DNA of 63,244 nt, taken from assembly GCA_025786725.1 (NCBI GenBank), contig JAHLTZ010000069.1, forward strand, positions 1 through 63,244. The letters run 5' to 3'. This document shows, piece after piece, positions 12,551 to 26,935 of the stretch (positions within the stretch are counted from its first letter, which is position 1; each line of letters begins with the position of its first letter). Under the pieces are notes generated by a model. That model ran no database searches and was not told where the DNA came from. It was given only the letters and a program-made list of their open reading frames with translations. Source of the DNA: Syncephalis fuscata S228. Its lineage: Eukaryota; Fungi; Zoopagomycota. The translations under genes and the position numbers were made by a program.

Positions 12551-13517
12551 ATGGCTCAGAATCAAGTACAACAATTATTGGAACGCGCACAGAAGCTCGT
12601 CGATAATGACAATTTGTCGGGAGCGAGAAAAGCATTTGGCGAGTTGCATCAACTACTGCCACATCATCCAATGCCACTTCTAAGTCGCTCAACCTGCTAT
12701 CTACAGGAAGAGCGCTGGGCCGCGGCCATTCCCGATGCGCTGGCCGTGCTCGATCTACCTGACAGCCCTATAGAAGAGGGTATTGCTCCGAATTGTTCAA
12801 CATACCATGCAGCAGCATGTGTTCGTTTAGCGAAAGCGTACAACGAATTGAAGCGACACGAAGATTGTCAGCGTATGTTGGCACGCCGCACAACCATTGA
12901 GGAGAATTATGCGAAACAAAAGACGGTTGATCCAGTGGATACCCAACCGGATAACGAGCGAGTGCAAGAACTCAAAGAACTTGGTAATAAGCACTTTCAA
13001 TCGGGTGCATTTGATCAAGCTATTCTTGCCTACTGTGAGGCACTAGGTATTGACCCCACCAATCATATACTACACGCAAATGCATGCCAGGCAATGCTAC
13101 GACATGGTAGTTATAAAGAGGCACGCTTTCATGCCGAACAATGCATTGCTCTACGGCCTGAATGGCCCAAGGGTCATTACCGCTTGGGTAGGTAGCATTA
13201 CTGTTTATTAACTCATATTCATCGCGTATTGTTGCGGTATAGGTACGGTATTGATGAAGCTAAAGGAGTGCGATGAAGCGGTAACATCGCTAGAAACGGC
13301 CATTCGCCTTTCGACTGACCACGGCAATACTGTAGACCAGTCGTTGGCCAATGCATTGGCCGATGCCCAGGCTGAACAAGCCAAGCAGCCAAAGAAGCCG
13401 GTCAAGGTTGCTAAAACCGCGTCGGTAGTAGAAACAACGGTTAAGCCAGCTGTTGTCAACCTAATATACACTGTATTGATTGCAGTGGTATCAGCACTCA
13501 TTGGTCTATTAGTGTAA
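12551..13517 (+). CDS. TPR-repeat protein with a C-terminal transmembrane anchor
   Basis: KELGNKHFQSGAFDQAILAYCEAL and PEWPKGHYRLG TPR motifs; one intron at ~13188-13242; hydrophobic C-terminus. Confidence 0.85.
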
Positions 13518-13689
13518 AGGGATCGGATTTATGGAAATAAATTGATATTATTAGTATTAATACATTTAAATGAATAATTAAGCTGAATTAAATTAATTGA
13601 TCAATCAATAGATTAATACTAATGTGCAAAAGTATGATACAAATCATTCCACCGGTATAAATTATAATTCTCAGCAGCAATATATTTAT

Positions 13690-14939
13690 TCAAATAGTAA
13701 TAACCAATATAAGTAAAATGACAAGAACGATAATCAAGATGGTAATACAACAGTTACTACGACTCTCTGTGTGCAATTATTGTTAATACATACATTTAGT
13801 TACAAATAACAACTTACCTCGACTTTTACGCAGAATTTCCTTTACTTTACCAGCAGCACGATCCAAATTGGTTTGACTTCGATCAACATGATCTTCTAGT
13901 TCTTCCAACAATCTAATAATATACATTAGTCAAGTTCGGCTATTTAAACCACACTAGTATCTTACACATGATGTCGGTCAAGTTCATCGTTCATTGTAAA
14001 AGCTACTTGCTTCAAGCTTGTAACTGTGCCCATAACGGCATCCAAATGTACATCTTGTTGTTCAATAATCATCTAAATGCATAGCAATCAATAATTTAAT
14101 AAGAAATAAGTAATAAATAATAAACCAACCATTTGTTGCATACGTTCTTGTTCAATAAACTCCTCGTTGTTCCGTTCGTAGAGTGTCTCTCCATCAACAC
14201 TGATGCTAACATGATCCGAGTTATTTAGATCTCGACGTACTTGCAATAGTGACTAATATATAAATAGTGTATTAGTACAATAAACTGTAATTATATATAA
14301 CACATCCTTATATACCTTGCGTTCTTGCGTTTCTTTGAATTCCTTTGTCCTTATAATAATATTATCTCGCATAGCCTTTGTAAAATAAACAACATTTAAT
14401 TGCTATTTAACAAGCTATTTATATTGCTATTACCTTAACTGATTGCTGTGTTGTATCAATAAACTGGCGTCGTCGGACCAGCTCTACTTGAGTTATTTGG
14501 AATCGACGCGGATCAACTTCAATGGCCTGTATTCACAAGAACAGTCATTATACGCGTTAAGGTATAAGATAAAGGTATATTTCAATGCCAAGAAATAAAA
14601 GGATATGCATTGCTTCAGTTAAATCAAGCAAATCTTCTTCAACGCCATTCAAGCAGTCCTCCAATTCGGTACGTGCTTGCGTCAGTTCCTCGGAGTTGGC
14701 TGAAGATACGGTGCGTAGTATACGCTGCCAACTTTGCATAAATGTATCGGCGTTGGTAAGGGCAATCTCCACGTCTCTAAACCAGTACCGCACAAACATG
14801 AAGTTGGTTAATAACTAACCAACCAACCAACCAACCCACTAACCCACTAACCAATCAACTAGCTAGCTAACCCACCAACCACGTTTAAAGCAGTATATAC
14901 TTACCCTTTCACATCGAGAAATGGGTCTCCTTGTGACAT
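13690..14939 (-). CDS. TLG1: t-SNARE Tlg1/syntaxin-6 family
   Basis: N-terminal MSQGDPFLDV, syntaxin-6 N-domain (LEDCLNGVEEDLLDL), SNARE motif EQQDVHLDAVMGTV and a C-terminal TM helix; multi-exon. Confidence 0.88.
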
Positions 14940-15583
14940 GGTGGTAGTTTAATGTCAATTTAAAGCAAGGCTTTATGGATAAAAACAAAAAGGGAGAACA
15001 GAGTGGTTTAACGAGTCAAGTGGTAAAAAGAAACTGCACACTGAAAGGGAACAACAAATTGCGCATTAATATATTATAGATATAAATAAATTATCTATAT
15101 TTATCAATAATTCCTTACACACACACACATATATATATTTTATTATTACCATTAACTGCTTTACTCTTTCTCTGTCTACTTTCCTTGCCTACTCTTTTAT
15201 TTGTTTGTTCGTTCATTCATTCATTCATTAACCAACAACATAACTACAACTCACATTAGCAAGTATTAGCGCTATCAATCCACTGTAATACATTTTGCTT
15301 AGTAGTTCTATTATCAGCTATTTCTTCTGGGAATAACTGATTATATTATACACAGGTCTTCAAATATTTATTGTCACCTGTCTATCCTTTTGTTATCGTT
15401 TCCTTATTCGCAGTTGTTTGTGTAGCTTGTTTGATGACACTTACGTTTACTCGCTTGCTTGTTGCATCGTACAGTAAACATAACTTGTATTGTCATTCTA
15501 TTGATCGTAAAAAGACACTAATCAAATCAAAGCGTAAAGACTGGCAGGTTACTTCTCAGTGCTCCGTTTTATCATCAGATACC

Positions 15584-18090
15584 ATGCATAACACTTCTAA
15601 CCATAGTCATCAACAGACAGCCGCCCAATCTTCGGCCACTTCTGGCTACTACGGTGCCTATGGCCAGACGGCGGCTGGTGCAACAGGCCAAGCGGCAACG
15701 GATACGGCGTCAGCGTCAGCCTACTACCAGCATCCACAGAACGGGTATGATTATTATGCACATGGATCCCATTACACACAGCAGTCGTACTATTCAGATC
15801 CATCGGCCACGGCTGATGGTGCAGCCTATGCAAAAGACTGGCAACAGTCTGGCTATAATGGCTACAGCCAGACATCTAACTATAATACACATGGTGGCTA
15901 TGACAATAATAGCTATTATGGCCATGGTACACATCAAGCCAATTACAACTATGACTATTATGGACAGAATGGACAGAATTACTATAATGGGCAAACGTAT
16001 AACTACTCGGCTGCAGGATATAATACAGGTATGAATTACGGATCACACAATGATAATACTGCTGTTGCTGCCAATGGGGCAGCTCACACGTATACAAAAG
16101 AGAGTGCTGGTACTGCAAATGGTCATGGATATGATAGTGGTAACAATACTGCGAACAGCCGAATGGCTGCAAAGTCGTACGGTGCATCTAATAAGCCGGC
16201 TGGCAATGGTGTGGTTGCATCGGCGTCGGCTACGCATCTATATGCGAATGGCACCTCTAAGCACCAAAATGATGAGGCACCTGCATATATTGCAGTGAAA
16301 CCAACTGCTCTTCAATCCAAAGTGTTGGCAAAAAATGTGTTTGAGGAAGAAGCAGTGGTAGATACTAACGAAACAAGCGAGAATATGAAAGAAACTACAG
16401 CCAAGTCTTCAATGGAATATGATTGTCCGCCCGATCTTAAGTAATTGTTACGGAAATAACATATATATACATACCATGTTAACCGTCACTGTATAGGGAC
16501 TATATTAGTCGTGCATTTGATGCATGTCCCAAGGATAAGCACAACGCACTTCATAAGCATATCAATGGAATAATTTGTAAGGCACATAGTCATGATCGAG
16601 TTAATGGAATAAACTGGGCAACACGTCCATTGCCACCGTAAGTGTCTATAGAGCATAAATCCACACGACTAACTACGATATAGGATGTGTTCGATGTTAT
16701 CGGCGAAGAAAGAAGCCAAGCGAAAGAAGTAAGTTTAAATAGAGACGAGAATGTGCCAGCAGTTAGTTGATACGCTATTTTATAGGAAAGCACTGTTATT
16801 GCAGCAGCAAGAGAAGAAAGAGTCGCATATCATAGGAGAAGATTGGAAACGGGAAAAGCGAGCCCGCCGTTTCCAATCGGATGCACCCAATGCGGCAGAT
16901 ATACGACAGGATATTCGACGATATACAGAGGTACAGGCAAAGGTAAATATACATAAATAAATCATAGTGCTATTGATTAATTCTGCCATGGTAAGGATGT
17001 TATTGACTGGGACGAGTACACCATTGTAGGTACATCCCAAAAGCTAGAGAAAAGATATTTGCGATTGACATCGGTAAGTAAAAGTGTGGGAATAGGGGGG
17101 AAAAGAGTTGATATTCATCAATCTATTGTATATCAGGCTCCGGATCCAACTACGGTACGTCCATGCCAGTACTTGAAAAGTCATTGGCTTTTATTCGTCA
17201 AAAATGGGAGGAAAAGGCAAGTTATGCGTATTTATGTGATCAACTGAAGGCAGTCAGACAAGATTTGACGGTAAGTGAATAAAGACTATTTGTATTGTAA
17301 TATAGCTGATTTTATTTGATAGGTACAACGAATTAAAAATGAATTTACGGTATCAGTATATCAAGTTCATGCTCGTTTGGCACTTGAACATGTAAGTGAA
17401 TCAGCCTATGGATAAAGAGAATGTATTTATTAGTATACCTACACACACACATACACGCATGTGCTAATCATGATGATTAGGGGGATTTGGGCGAGTATAA
17501 CCAGTGTCAAACACAGCTACGACAGCTATATGAATACCAAATCGTTGGTAACGAGATGGAATTTGTAGCTTATCGTATTCTGTACATGTTGCATACAAGG
17601 AACAGTGCAGATATTATTGCCACATTGGCAACATTATCGGCAAAACAGAAGGCAGATCCGGCTGTGCGACATGCCCTTGATGTGCGCTCGGCCATTTCAA
17701 TGTCGAACTACCACCGGTTATTCCGACTTTATGCCGAAGCGCCGAATCATGGCCGTTATTTAATGGATCAGTTTGTGGGACGAGAACGTCTTAATGCATT
17801 GACCATTATCTGTCGCGCGTAAGTCATAGTAAAGGAAAAGAGAGAGGAAATAACTACAAACATAACTAATTAATGGCACCCATAGTTATCTACCGCATAT
17901 TGATGTGTTGTATGTTCAGAAGGAACTTGGATTTAGCAAGCTAGAAGATTTTACTACCTTTTTATGCAAGCACGATCTACAATCCTGTCTGGACATTCCT
18001 AACCATCGACTAGACACGCGCAAAGCCTCCGTTGAAGTAGCAATTTGCATGAAGAAGTTTGAAAAGATAGATATCAAAGGCCAAGTTTAA
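15584..18090 (+). CDS. SAC3/GANP-domain protein (Thp3/LENG8-like) with a Y/G/N/Q-rich N-terminus
   Basis: [57 protein letters not shown]. Apparent 1-nt frameshift near 17163. Confidence 0.88.
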
Positions 18091-18404
18091 CAAACGACTA
18101 AGTAGATTTATTGCCCTATTGATTCATTCATATCATCCATCATTCAATGCACATTTTCTGTTTTATTATCTTCGTGATTAGTATTTTACATTTTGAGTTG
18201 CGTCCCTCTACGTGTTTCCATCCTTTCTTTACTTTAGCGCAATAAATTATTTTACGCAATCTATCGTAATAACTGGAATCATTGACTTGTTAAAATCATT
18301 ATATAAAATAGAGCATGTCATTTAGCAGTATTATACAAGTTGATTTAATTTATTAACCAATTACTATGATTGTAATTAAAATGACTAAATTTGATAACCT
18401 TTAA

Positions 18405-18707
18405 TCTATTGAACATGATGATAGTGGTGAGTGACATTAATTATCAAATACTCATTATCATAGACTGATTGGCCAGTATGCATATAATACCCAATATGCA
18501 TATAACGCAATAAGTGGATTGAATAAAGTTTATTGAAACATATAATGAATAAAACACGTCCAGTATATCATAGAACGATATATAGTATATGAATATAATA
18601 GGAATGATATAGTGAATAGAGAATATATGCATACTGGTTAATGAATCTACAATAATGAGTAGTTTAGATTTTGATCTTACTCACCACCCATCATCATGTT
18701 CAATAGA
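18405..18707. mobile_element. Non-coding foldback/MITE-like element with ~85-bp imperfect inverted arms
   Basis: TCTATTGAACATGATGAT...ATCATCATGTTCAATAGA. Homologous to 21626-22186 in the opposite orientation. Confidence 0.7.
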
Positions 18708-19785
18708 GTAAATATCTAGTTCAAATGTATGAAAATTAAATAAAGTCATTTAACCCTCAAACTGCTATATAGGTGATAATGTGATTGTTAATCAAAGTCA
18801 CCACCGTCCCGTATTCACTAGAACAAATATGTAGCTCAACTGCGTAAATGTTAAAAGTTTAGTTATTTAATACAAATCACATTAAATAACTAGTAAATTT
18901 TTAATGCTTGCAAAAGAAAGGCTACTTTTACTAAATTAATAAATGAGATGATAATACAAGCCATAGATCAAATGGCGCTGTACATATAAAACTGATTCAA
19001 TATTCAAATCCACACACAGACATATATGTACACACATGTACGTTTCTTAATTGGGAAAGCAGTCTGCTAGGTGCTAACAATGGGCCAACCAATAAACAAG
19101 TTATAAACTAGTTTGCTCTAGGCCAAGGAGTTACACGATGTACATTTTTTGTAAATGGTTGTCGCATGTTACATAGAAGTGCGATAGACAATTAGTAACG
19201 TTACCAATGCCATATAGTAACAATGCGCAAATAATTGAAGATCATTTAGTAGCATCCGCCAAGACTTGCGACTTTCTTTCTTGCCATAATCTAAAATGCA
19301 TTGACCGACTGGCTTGTGCAGATAAAATGTTTTACCCACACATACAAGACATAGATGCCCGTTGGTCGTAAACAAACCGCAGGGCAGGTTTGGGAATATT
19401 CAGCTTGCATGCCAATAAAGGACAAAATAACTGGTTCCAGTAGAGGACAGAAGCAAGGGAACCGGGCATGTGGCCTTGCTCTGTACATCAACGGCGACAA
19501 TAATAGCCGTCATTATCGTAGTAATAGCAATAGTAGTAGAAACTAATGTATCGTTGTCGTCACCGGTATTAACGCCTAGAACACAGAGTTCCCACTATAA
19601 TAATAGATACCCCTTTGGCTCCGATGCCAATACTTATTTATACCGTGTAGTCTCGCCTCCCATCGCCTTACTAGTGCAACTTTGCTTTTCATCCGCCTAT
19701 CCATTCATTCATTTATCGACTCGTAGTCGGTTTATATCTTGCACGTACACTTTCACATAGCAAAAGTAGTTTTACTAGTAATAGC

Positions 19786-21450
19786 ATGGCAAAGCAATTG
19801 AACCGAGATATGGCGGCGAACTATAAGCACGAAGGACGACTAGTTTCGCGAAAAGCAATTTTTGGAGCGCTAGCCGTTTTATTTTCTCCTATACCATTGG
19901 ACCTCATATCACAACACTTGTTAAAAGTATTAATTTAGGAAGAGTTATTACTCCATTAAATAACGACAAGTGCAAACATATCGATAAGCCCACGGGTAAG
20001 CTATTCAGATAGATAATGGATACAATGTTTGAATAGGAATAATACTAACACTGGCTATGCTTACGTATGCACTAGTCAAAGGCTGTGAAGACATCGTAAT
20101 TGATCATGCCGCGGGTATTGCTTATATGGCATGTGCCAGTGTCAATAACCGCATGAAATGGTGGCCGCCACTTAATCATTATAACGCTCGCGACGTTACT
20201 GATGAACAGGATCCAATATTCATTTATGATTTAAAGGTATATTGTGCAATAAAAGCGTATTAAACGGAAGAGTGAAACTGACAATATAGAAAAATTATAG
20301 ACTGAACAAATTCAACAATTGCCAATTTCTGGCTATGACGGCGAGTTGCGTCTGCACGGCATTGCTCTTTGGAAGAAAGGGGGACCTAAAGGAATGGCGT
20401 CTAAAGTACCACTTACTGCCTCTGATGAACCAGCGGTTCTAATGTTGGTTAATCATGGTCGTAATGGATCGACCGTTGAGATTTTCGACCATATCTTGCC
20501 AACGAAACAGTCAGGCAATGACACAGACTCAACGCTAGGCATGTTACGCCACGTTGAAACAGTCAAGGACCCGTTAATTCGTACACCCAACTCAGTTTAC
20601 CCAATATCACGGTATGTGGGGGAGGCAAGCGTGGGGTAATAAGCCATTTTTGCTATCCATTGCTTAAAATGACTGTGGTTATTATGGGCATAGCCGTCAT
20701 TATCATGATACAAATAGTTCTCATGGCTAATTAATATCAATATTTATTACGTATCGGTGTTTAGACGAAGCTTTTACGTTACAAACGATCACAAGTTTGC
20801 CCGTGGCCTTATGCGAACCATTGAAGAACTGGCTGCTCTCCCCTTAACCGATGTCATATTCCGCGGCGAAGATGGATCGACCAGAATTGCAGCTACAAAT
20901 ATTCCGTATGCCAATGGCATTACCGGCTATAACAACGACAAGCATCTCCTTGTTGTATCGGCTACAATGTCGCGTGTCTATGTTTATGAGCGTACTAGCC
21001 ACAACGAGCTTATTTCTCACGGATTTATGCCGACGACTTTTTCCGGTGACAATATTCACATGGACTTTAGCACAGGCCATGTGTATATGGCGGGTAAGTT
21101 GCATAAAGACACTACAGCAACTCTCCTTTACTTACCGAGAATGCATTCTTACATTATCATTATCCTATTGTGCATATGCCATATTATTAGGCACGCTGCA
21201 GCCCCTTAAAATTTTGGAAAGATTTAACGACCCTTCGGTTGTAGCGGCGAGTCAAGCGGTTCGTCTCGATAACATTAACGTGGGCAACCGTAAGACGGGC
21301 GAGGCTCCATCCACCGATACAACTCCACTACTGATTTACAACGAACATCCAGGCTCTGGCCTTACTGTGGCTGCTGTTGATGGCCGCCATCACAAAATGT
21401 TACTAAGTGGTTTCTACAACGACGGCGTTCTTGTTTGTGATCTAGCATAA
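19786..21450 (+). CDS. Paraoxonase/arylesterase-like beta-propeller, copy 1
   Basis: GCEDI, LHGI, VNH, RTPNSV, FYVTNDH, ANGI, GDNI motifs; N-terminal hydrophobic segment; frameshift(s) in exon 1. Confidence 0.85.
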
Positions 21451-21625
21451 TTACCACATTCTATCTCTTTCTTGTCTATAGCGAATAAATCATATCATAA
21501 GAAGTAATAAGTTGTCATTTATGTTTGTTTACTGGTAAACAAGTAATGATAATGATAAGCGAACAACGGATGTAAAGTTTACTAAACAAAGTCAAATCAT
21601 ATACTAAATAAAACGGATAAATTTC

Positions 21626-22186
21626 TCTATTGAACATGATGATGGGTGGTGAGTAAGATCAAAATCTAAACTACTCATTATTGTAGATTCATTAACCAGT
21701 ATGCATATATTCTCTATTCACTTATATCATTCCTATTATATATCATGATACTATATATCGTTCTATGATATACTGGACGTATTTTGTTCATTATATGTTT
21801 CAATAAACTTTATTCAATCCACTTATTGCGTTATATGCACTATAGCTTGAACACTACTTACCATACACTTTCCATTGTATATTTATTCTATCCATGTCAT
21901 TTCATGCTCATCTAGCCTTCCTATATCCAAATCTGCTTTTATTTCTATTCTAGCTTTATTATTAATAAATCTCAACTTATTCACCTTATTCGTTTAACAA
22001 ACTATATGTAATTGAAACCTATAACAATAGAATGTATTCAGTATAGTATATAATAGTATATAATAGTATAGGCATACATTATTGACGATATAGATAAATA
22101 GAAAATATATGCTACTGAATAGTAAATTTATAATGATGAGTATTTGGTGATTGATGTCATTCACCATCATCATTATGTTCAATAGA
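21626..22186. mobile_element. Second, longer copy of the foldback/MITE-like element
   Basis: 21626-21840 is the near-exact reverse complement of ~18500-18707; it ends in ...CATTATGTTCAATAGA. Confidence 0.7.
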
Positions 22187-22954
22187 TTAGATGTTATTAA
22201 ATGCAGCCATTTGACCACGAAATCACACCAAATCGTTAATAATTGCTTAACGTTATTTGATAGCAATATAAAATATCTAAAAAATAGCCAAGCAAAGCAC
22301 TAATGCTATTAATAAAATGGATAATGTAAATAGCTTTATATCGAATATGGCTATTGTAGCAAGTTAATGACTAAAAAAAGAAATATTACATCTATTTAAC
22401 TAATAAAATAATAACATATATGTATAATATAGTAATATAAAGCAAGTGATCAATTATCGTGTTATGCCTTATCATTTAATTACCAAACAAATTACTAGCT
22501 AACTTGTTACAGCAAAAATACTATCAAATAAATTACCGCAAAACCAACATGTTACTTAGTTACTTTGTTACAACCTTGCTAAAGAAGTCATATCAATATC
22601 ATTAGTAAGCCGTTCATGCTTCTGTTCGGAATAACAGTCGTGTTGTGTTGAACCTTTGGAAATGACGCAGTTGTAAAATTACACCATGCGAGTAACACTG
22701 CATGAAGACGCGCACCAAACTCACGTGCTTTGGTATGCCCATGAAAGGGCGCGTCAGATAAGCCCACCATGCAAGTCATTACGTTTAGGCCTTGTCTCTG
22801 ACTATAGATCACCGAGCTGACCGACATTTGCCATACGTACGGAAAAACTGGTTGTAATTCCGTGTTCAAAGCGCCATATATATAAGCTAGCTGGCTAACT
22901 CAATCGTTCATGAATTAGCATTATTTCCGCAAATCCTAGTGTATTTTGTTTAGT

Positions 22955-24764
22955 ATGAAGCTATCAATTGATTACTGTTACATCATCACCGGCCTAGCCT
23001 TTCTTATATCGGCAGCGACAGCTACAACAACAGCAACAATAAACACTGTTGCAAAGACCGATTCCTCTTCGTTGCGCGTATTTACGGGAGTACCTGGGCA
23101 TCTTATACACATGCTTTGCCGCTACTAGAGATGGTAGACAGCTTATCAGTCGCCAGCACGATGTCTACTTTGCTGCGCTCAGTTATCAATTAAGCTGGGG
23201 ATCAAGCATAGATAAGTTAAACCTGGTCGATCTTGGAGGTGTACCGCCATCGCGTGAAGAAATGCATGCTATAATGGAAGAAATGATGAAGTCGGAAGAT
23301 AGAGAACCCGAAGAAGAGTTTGATCATGTAGAGATATGATGTTCCGTGACTATCCCAGACTCTACTTAGCATTCTACAATGCTATATCTGGTCAGTCACA
23401 GAACGGAGGTCCAATGGACGTTGTCATATGCGATTTTTTTGCTAGAGCGTGCATCGATGCGGCACACTCGCTCAATATTCCAATGTAGTCGTACTACCGT
23501 TGATAGACATACAAGGTAAGCGTAATATGTTTAGTAAAGCGCTGTTTTAATCGATATGTGTTATTTAGGCTTTGGTGGTCAGTCATACATACCATTCCAT
23601 AGAACCACCACGAAAATTACGCTGGAAAACGCGTCTTTTTGGGAACGAATGCATGATAAGTTTATTTTACCACTAAAACTTAAATATGCATCCAGTCCAA
23701 GGTATGAGCTCCATTCAAAGATACTTGAAGGAATGGGCTCGAACCTTATAGGGAAATAAGCAGGCATTTCGAGAACAGCCTAGCTTTTATCGCATCTGTC
23801 CCATGGATTGATGTAAGTATGATAATATACTGTGTGAAATATTGCTAAGTTCATGTAATAGCCGCCGCGACCTCTTCCTCCAATATTCACTACATTGGTC
23901 CGGTACTACCAAAACACTACGATCCACTTGCTCCTGAACTTCAGCAATTCCTTGATACGCATAAGCGTAGATCTATGTTGCCTTTGGCAGCGTGACAATC
24001 GTTACACCAGCTAGATTCGAAGCTATGGTCCAATCTCTGGCCTCTGCTTATCATGCAGGTCTATTGGACGGTGTAGTTTGGGGACTTATGAATACTAAGA
24101 CCGATGAAGTGCACGCTGTAATTCATACAAATAGTACAACCAAATCAGGTGCCGTTGTTTATGAGGAGCATTCTATTGAAGATATGCAACATGGCAAACA
24201 TCCATTTATTCGTATTTTACAAAAAGCCCCACAACGTGCTGTATTAAAGCATCCATCTGTCAAATTATTTGTTTCGCATTGCGGCATGGGATCTACTAAT
24301 GAAGCCATGGAGTCTGCAACACCTGTACTGGGTATTCCTGGATTTGGCGACCAGCCAACAAATGCTGCAATCATCAATAATTTAAACGCGGGTCGGCGCA
24401 TGTCTTGGAATGATGTTGGCACTAGTAAGATGCATTCTCTACTCGAGGAGATACTAAGTGGTGATAGTGCAAAGGAAATGCAAATGGCCATGAATAGGCT
24501 ACAAAAGATGATTAATCTATTTAATAAGCGAATGTCTACGCTGCTGACATGGTAGAGATGATTGCAATCCCAGGTGCAATGAAAATGCTAGAACCAGCTA
24601 GCCAGCGTATGTCGTGGTGGAAAGCCAACAACATCGACGTGTGGGCGGCATTAATAGCTATAATTGCATCGATTGGTGCCAGTTTAATCTATGCCAGCAT
24701 TGTTTTATTTAAACGCATTGTATCTACATCTATTCATTCTTCAAACAAAATGAAAAAATTATAA
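22955..24764 (+). CDS. Membrane-anchored UDP-glycosyltransferase (GT1/UGT), frameshifted in this assembly
   Basis: Signal peptide; signature APQRAVLKHPSVKLFVSHCGMGSTNEAMESATPVLGIPGFGDQPTNA; C-terminal TM helix plus KMKKL tail. Confidence 0.88.
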
Positions 24765-25389
24765 CATAATAAATACAATGTTTATAGTTTTTAAAGCAAT
24801 AATATTGTAAAACAATTGATAGACGATTGTTTGATCCAATGTCAAAATGTAGATATGCATGTACATGCAAGTTGCGTTGCATTCGATGTCTTCGCTAAAT
24901 TAGCTGTAAGATCAGATGACAATAAAATCGCTCTTGACACATACACAATAACAAGCAATTCCGGTTCTACACGCATATGAATTGTAATGCCTTGAGCCAT
25001 TGACACCAGCATCGTGTAAAGACAAGCCGGAGAAGGTGCATGCTCGGAGTCAAATGAGCGGAGACACCGAGAGTGTGACGGTATCCACACGCATTGGCCA
25101 ATAGCAATAGATTAATTGCCATGCCTCATTTAGTTCTTTGAAAGATGCGCTACATTTAACAATATTGGAGCTGTTAACAACCTAAGCACACCATGTGCAA
25201 CATTGTAAGCATCAACTATCTGTTCAAGTCAACTCAGCTGTTTATATACCGCCCTCCTGCTCTGGCATTTGCTCCTTATCTGTCGTGTTGCTTTAATTTC
25301 CTCTCTCCATTGCAATTCTTTAATTCCATTAAAAGCTATCTAATTTGTGTATTATTACGACAATATCTCTAGCGTTATCTTTAGCAATT

Positions 25390-26331
25390 ATGAAGCACGA
25401 GAATAAATTATCCGGTGAAATGAATATCTACGAGTATTTACATATACAGACTGATAGTTTGAGCATGTATCGCCACCATAGCACTGGCATTCACATCCAA
25501 ACTATTGGTAGCGTATTTTTATTTGCTATTTTTCTACATTGCTTCTATTACTCTGCAAAAACAGTTATCAGCCGCCCTGATAAGCTTGCCCACTGGTGCT
25601 GTTTAACAACAACATTATCCGGGATTGCCATAACTGGCGGAACACTTGTTCCATTTTACTTTCCAAGCGGCCCTTCATGCAAAACAGTGGCGTATTGTCT
25701 AACCTTTGGCTTTACTATAGCAACACTGTGTGTAAATGCGTTTTTATTAGAGCGCGTCTATTTAGCATACAAATGTGATCGTTTAATACTGGTCATAGGC
25801 ATAATACTGTTGATGCTACCGGCTCCAACTTTTCTGCTAGTATTTGGACAAACAGTGTCCTTTACTATATTCCCGTCTTTCGGTTGCAGCATTATTTATC
25901 CGCCAATGCTAGTTTATATTCGATCTATTGCCGATATCCCCATCAATTTGGTATTTATTATAGCATTTGGCGTTCTTATACGTCGTCGGTATTGCCGATA
26001 TGGAAAAGGTTGTTGGACAAAAATATTCAGCAACAGCATAAGAACGTCCATTTTAGCGATACTCTTAAATGTATTTTGCATTGCTTTTAACATCATTTAT
26101 TTGTTTTCTCAATTCAGCCTTGTAATTAGTACAATATATTGGCAAGTATTAAAAATTGAAAGTTGAAAATCAAAGCTAATTTGCAAATATAGGGCTGCCA
26201 CAACTGCGCTGCTGGTGAAAAGTACTTTTCAATTAAAAAATACATCTAATAGTGCTTACCATTATAGTAGTCAAAAAAGTCCGAACAAACTAGCCTCTGT
26301 ACAATTATCTAAGGCGTCAATAGAAAGGTAG
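25390..26331 (+). CDS. 7TM-like membrane protein, paralog 1
   Basis: About seven hydrophobic segments with GPSC, LLERVY and FGC motifs; one GC-AG intron (26142-26192). Confidence 0.72.
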
Positions 26332-26935
26332 AAAACAAAGAAATCAAAATTGTCTATCATATGATATTTAAATAGCATTACATTTAAGAATATATGATGC
26401 TACTTGAGATTAATCTTAAGACCATGTTTAAATACATTACAATAGTTTTTAATTCTCTGATATTTAAACAACTATATTTTCAACATAAATCCTCATTAAT
26501 TGTAAAGCAATCCAAATAGTACGAATTGCTATAATTATACTTGTTAATGTTAATAATCTAATTTTTAGCACTGTAGTGTGAATAATTCTGATTGTTATAT
26601 TTGTAGAAAAACGTGTAAAAAAGAAGTTTGTTTATTTATACGTAAAACAGCCACTAATTAAATTATTTTACAAAAAACAAAAGTAGCAGTCCATTTTACT
26701 TTGCTCATATACACATTATATTTAATGCATCTGTTTTATTAAACAGTACCAATTATTACACAAATAGTCAATTGGTGTATTACATTCTATTATTCTAACT
26801 ATTAGACAAAGCTATCGGTTAAATAACTATTTGTATAGCAAAAGTAACAGACGATATAAATTGCTACAAGATTGATCTATCGCTTAGTCATTTTGTTATG
26901 GCTTTTTTGGAAAAACTGTAATAACATAGTTTTAT

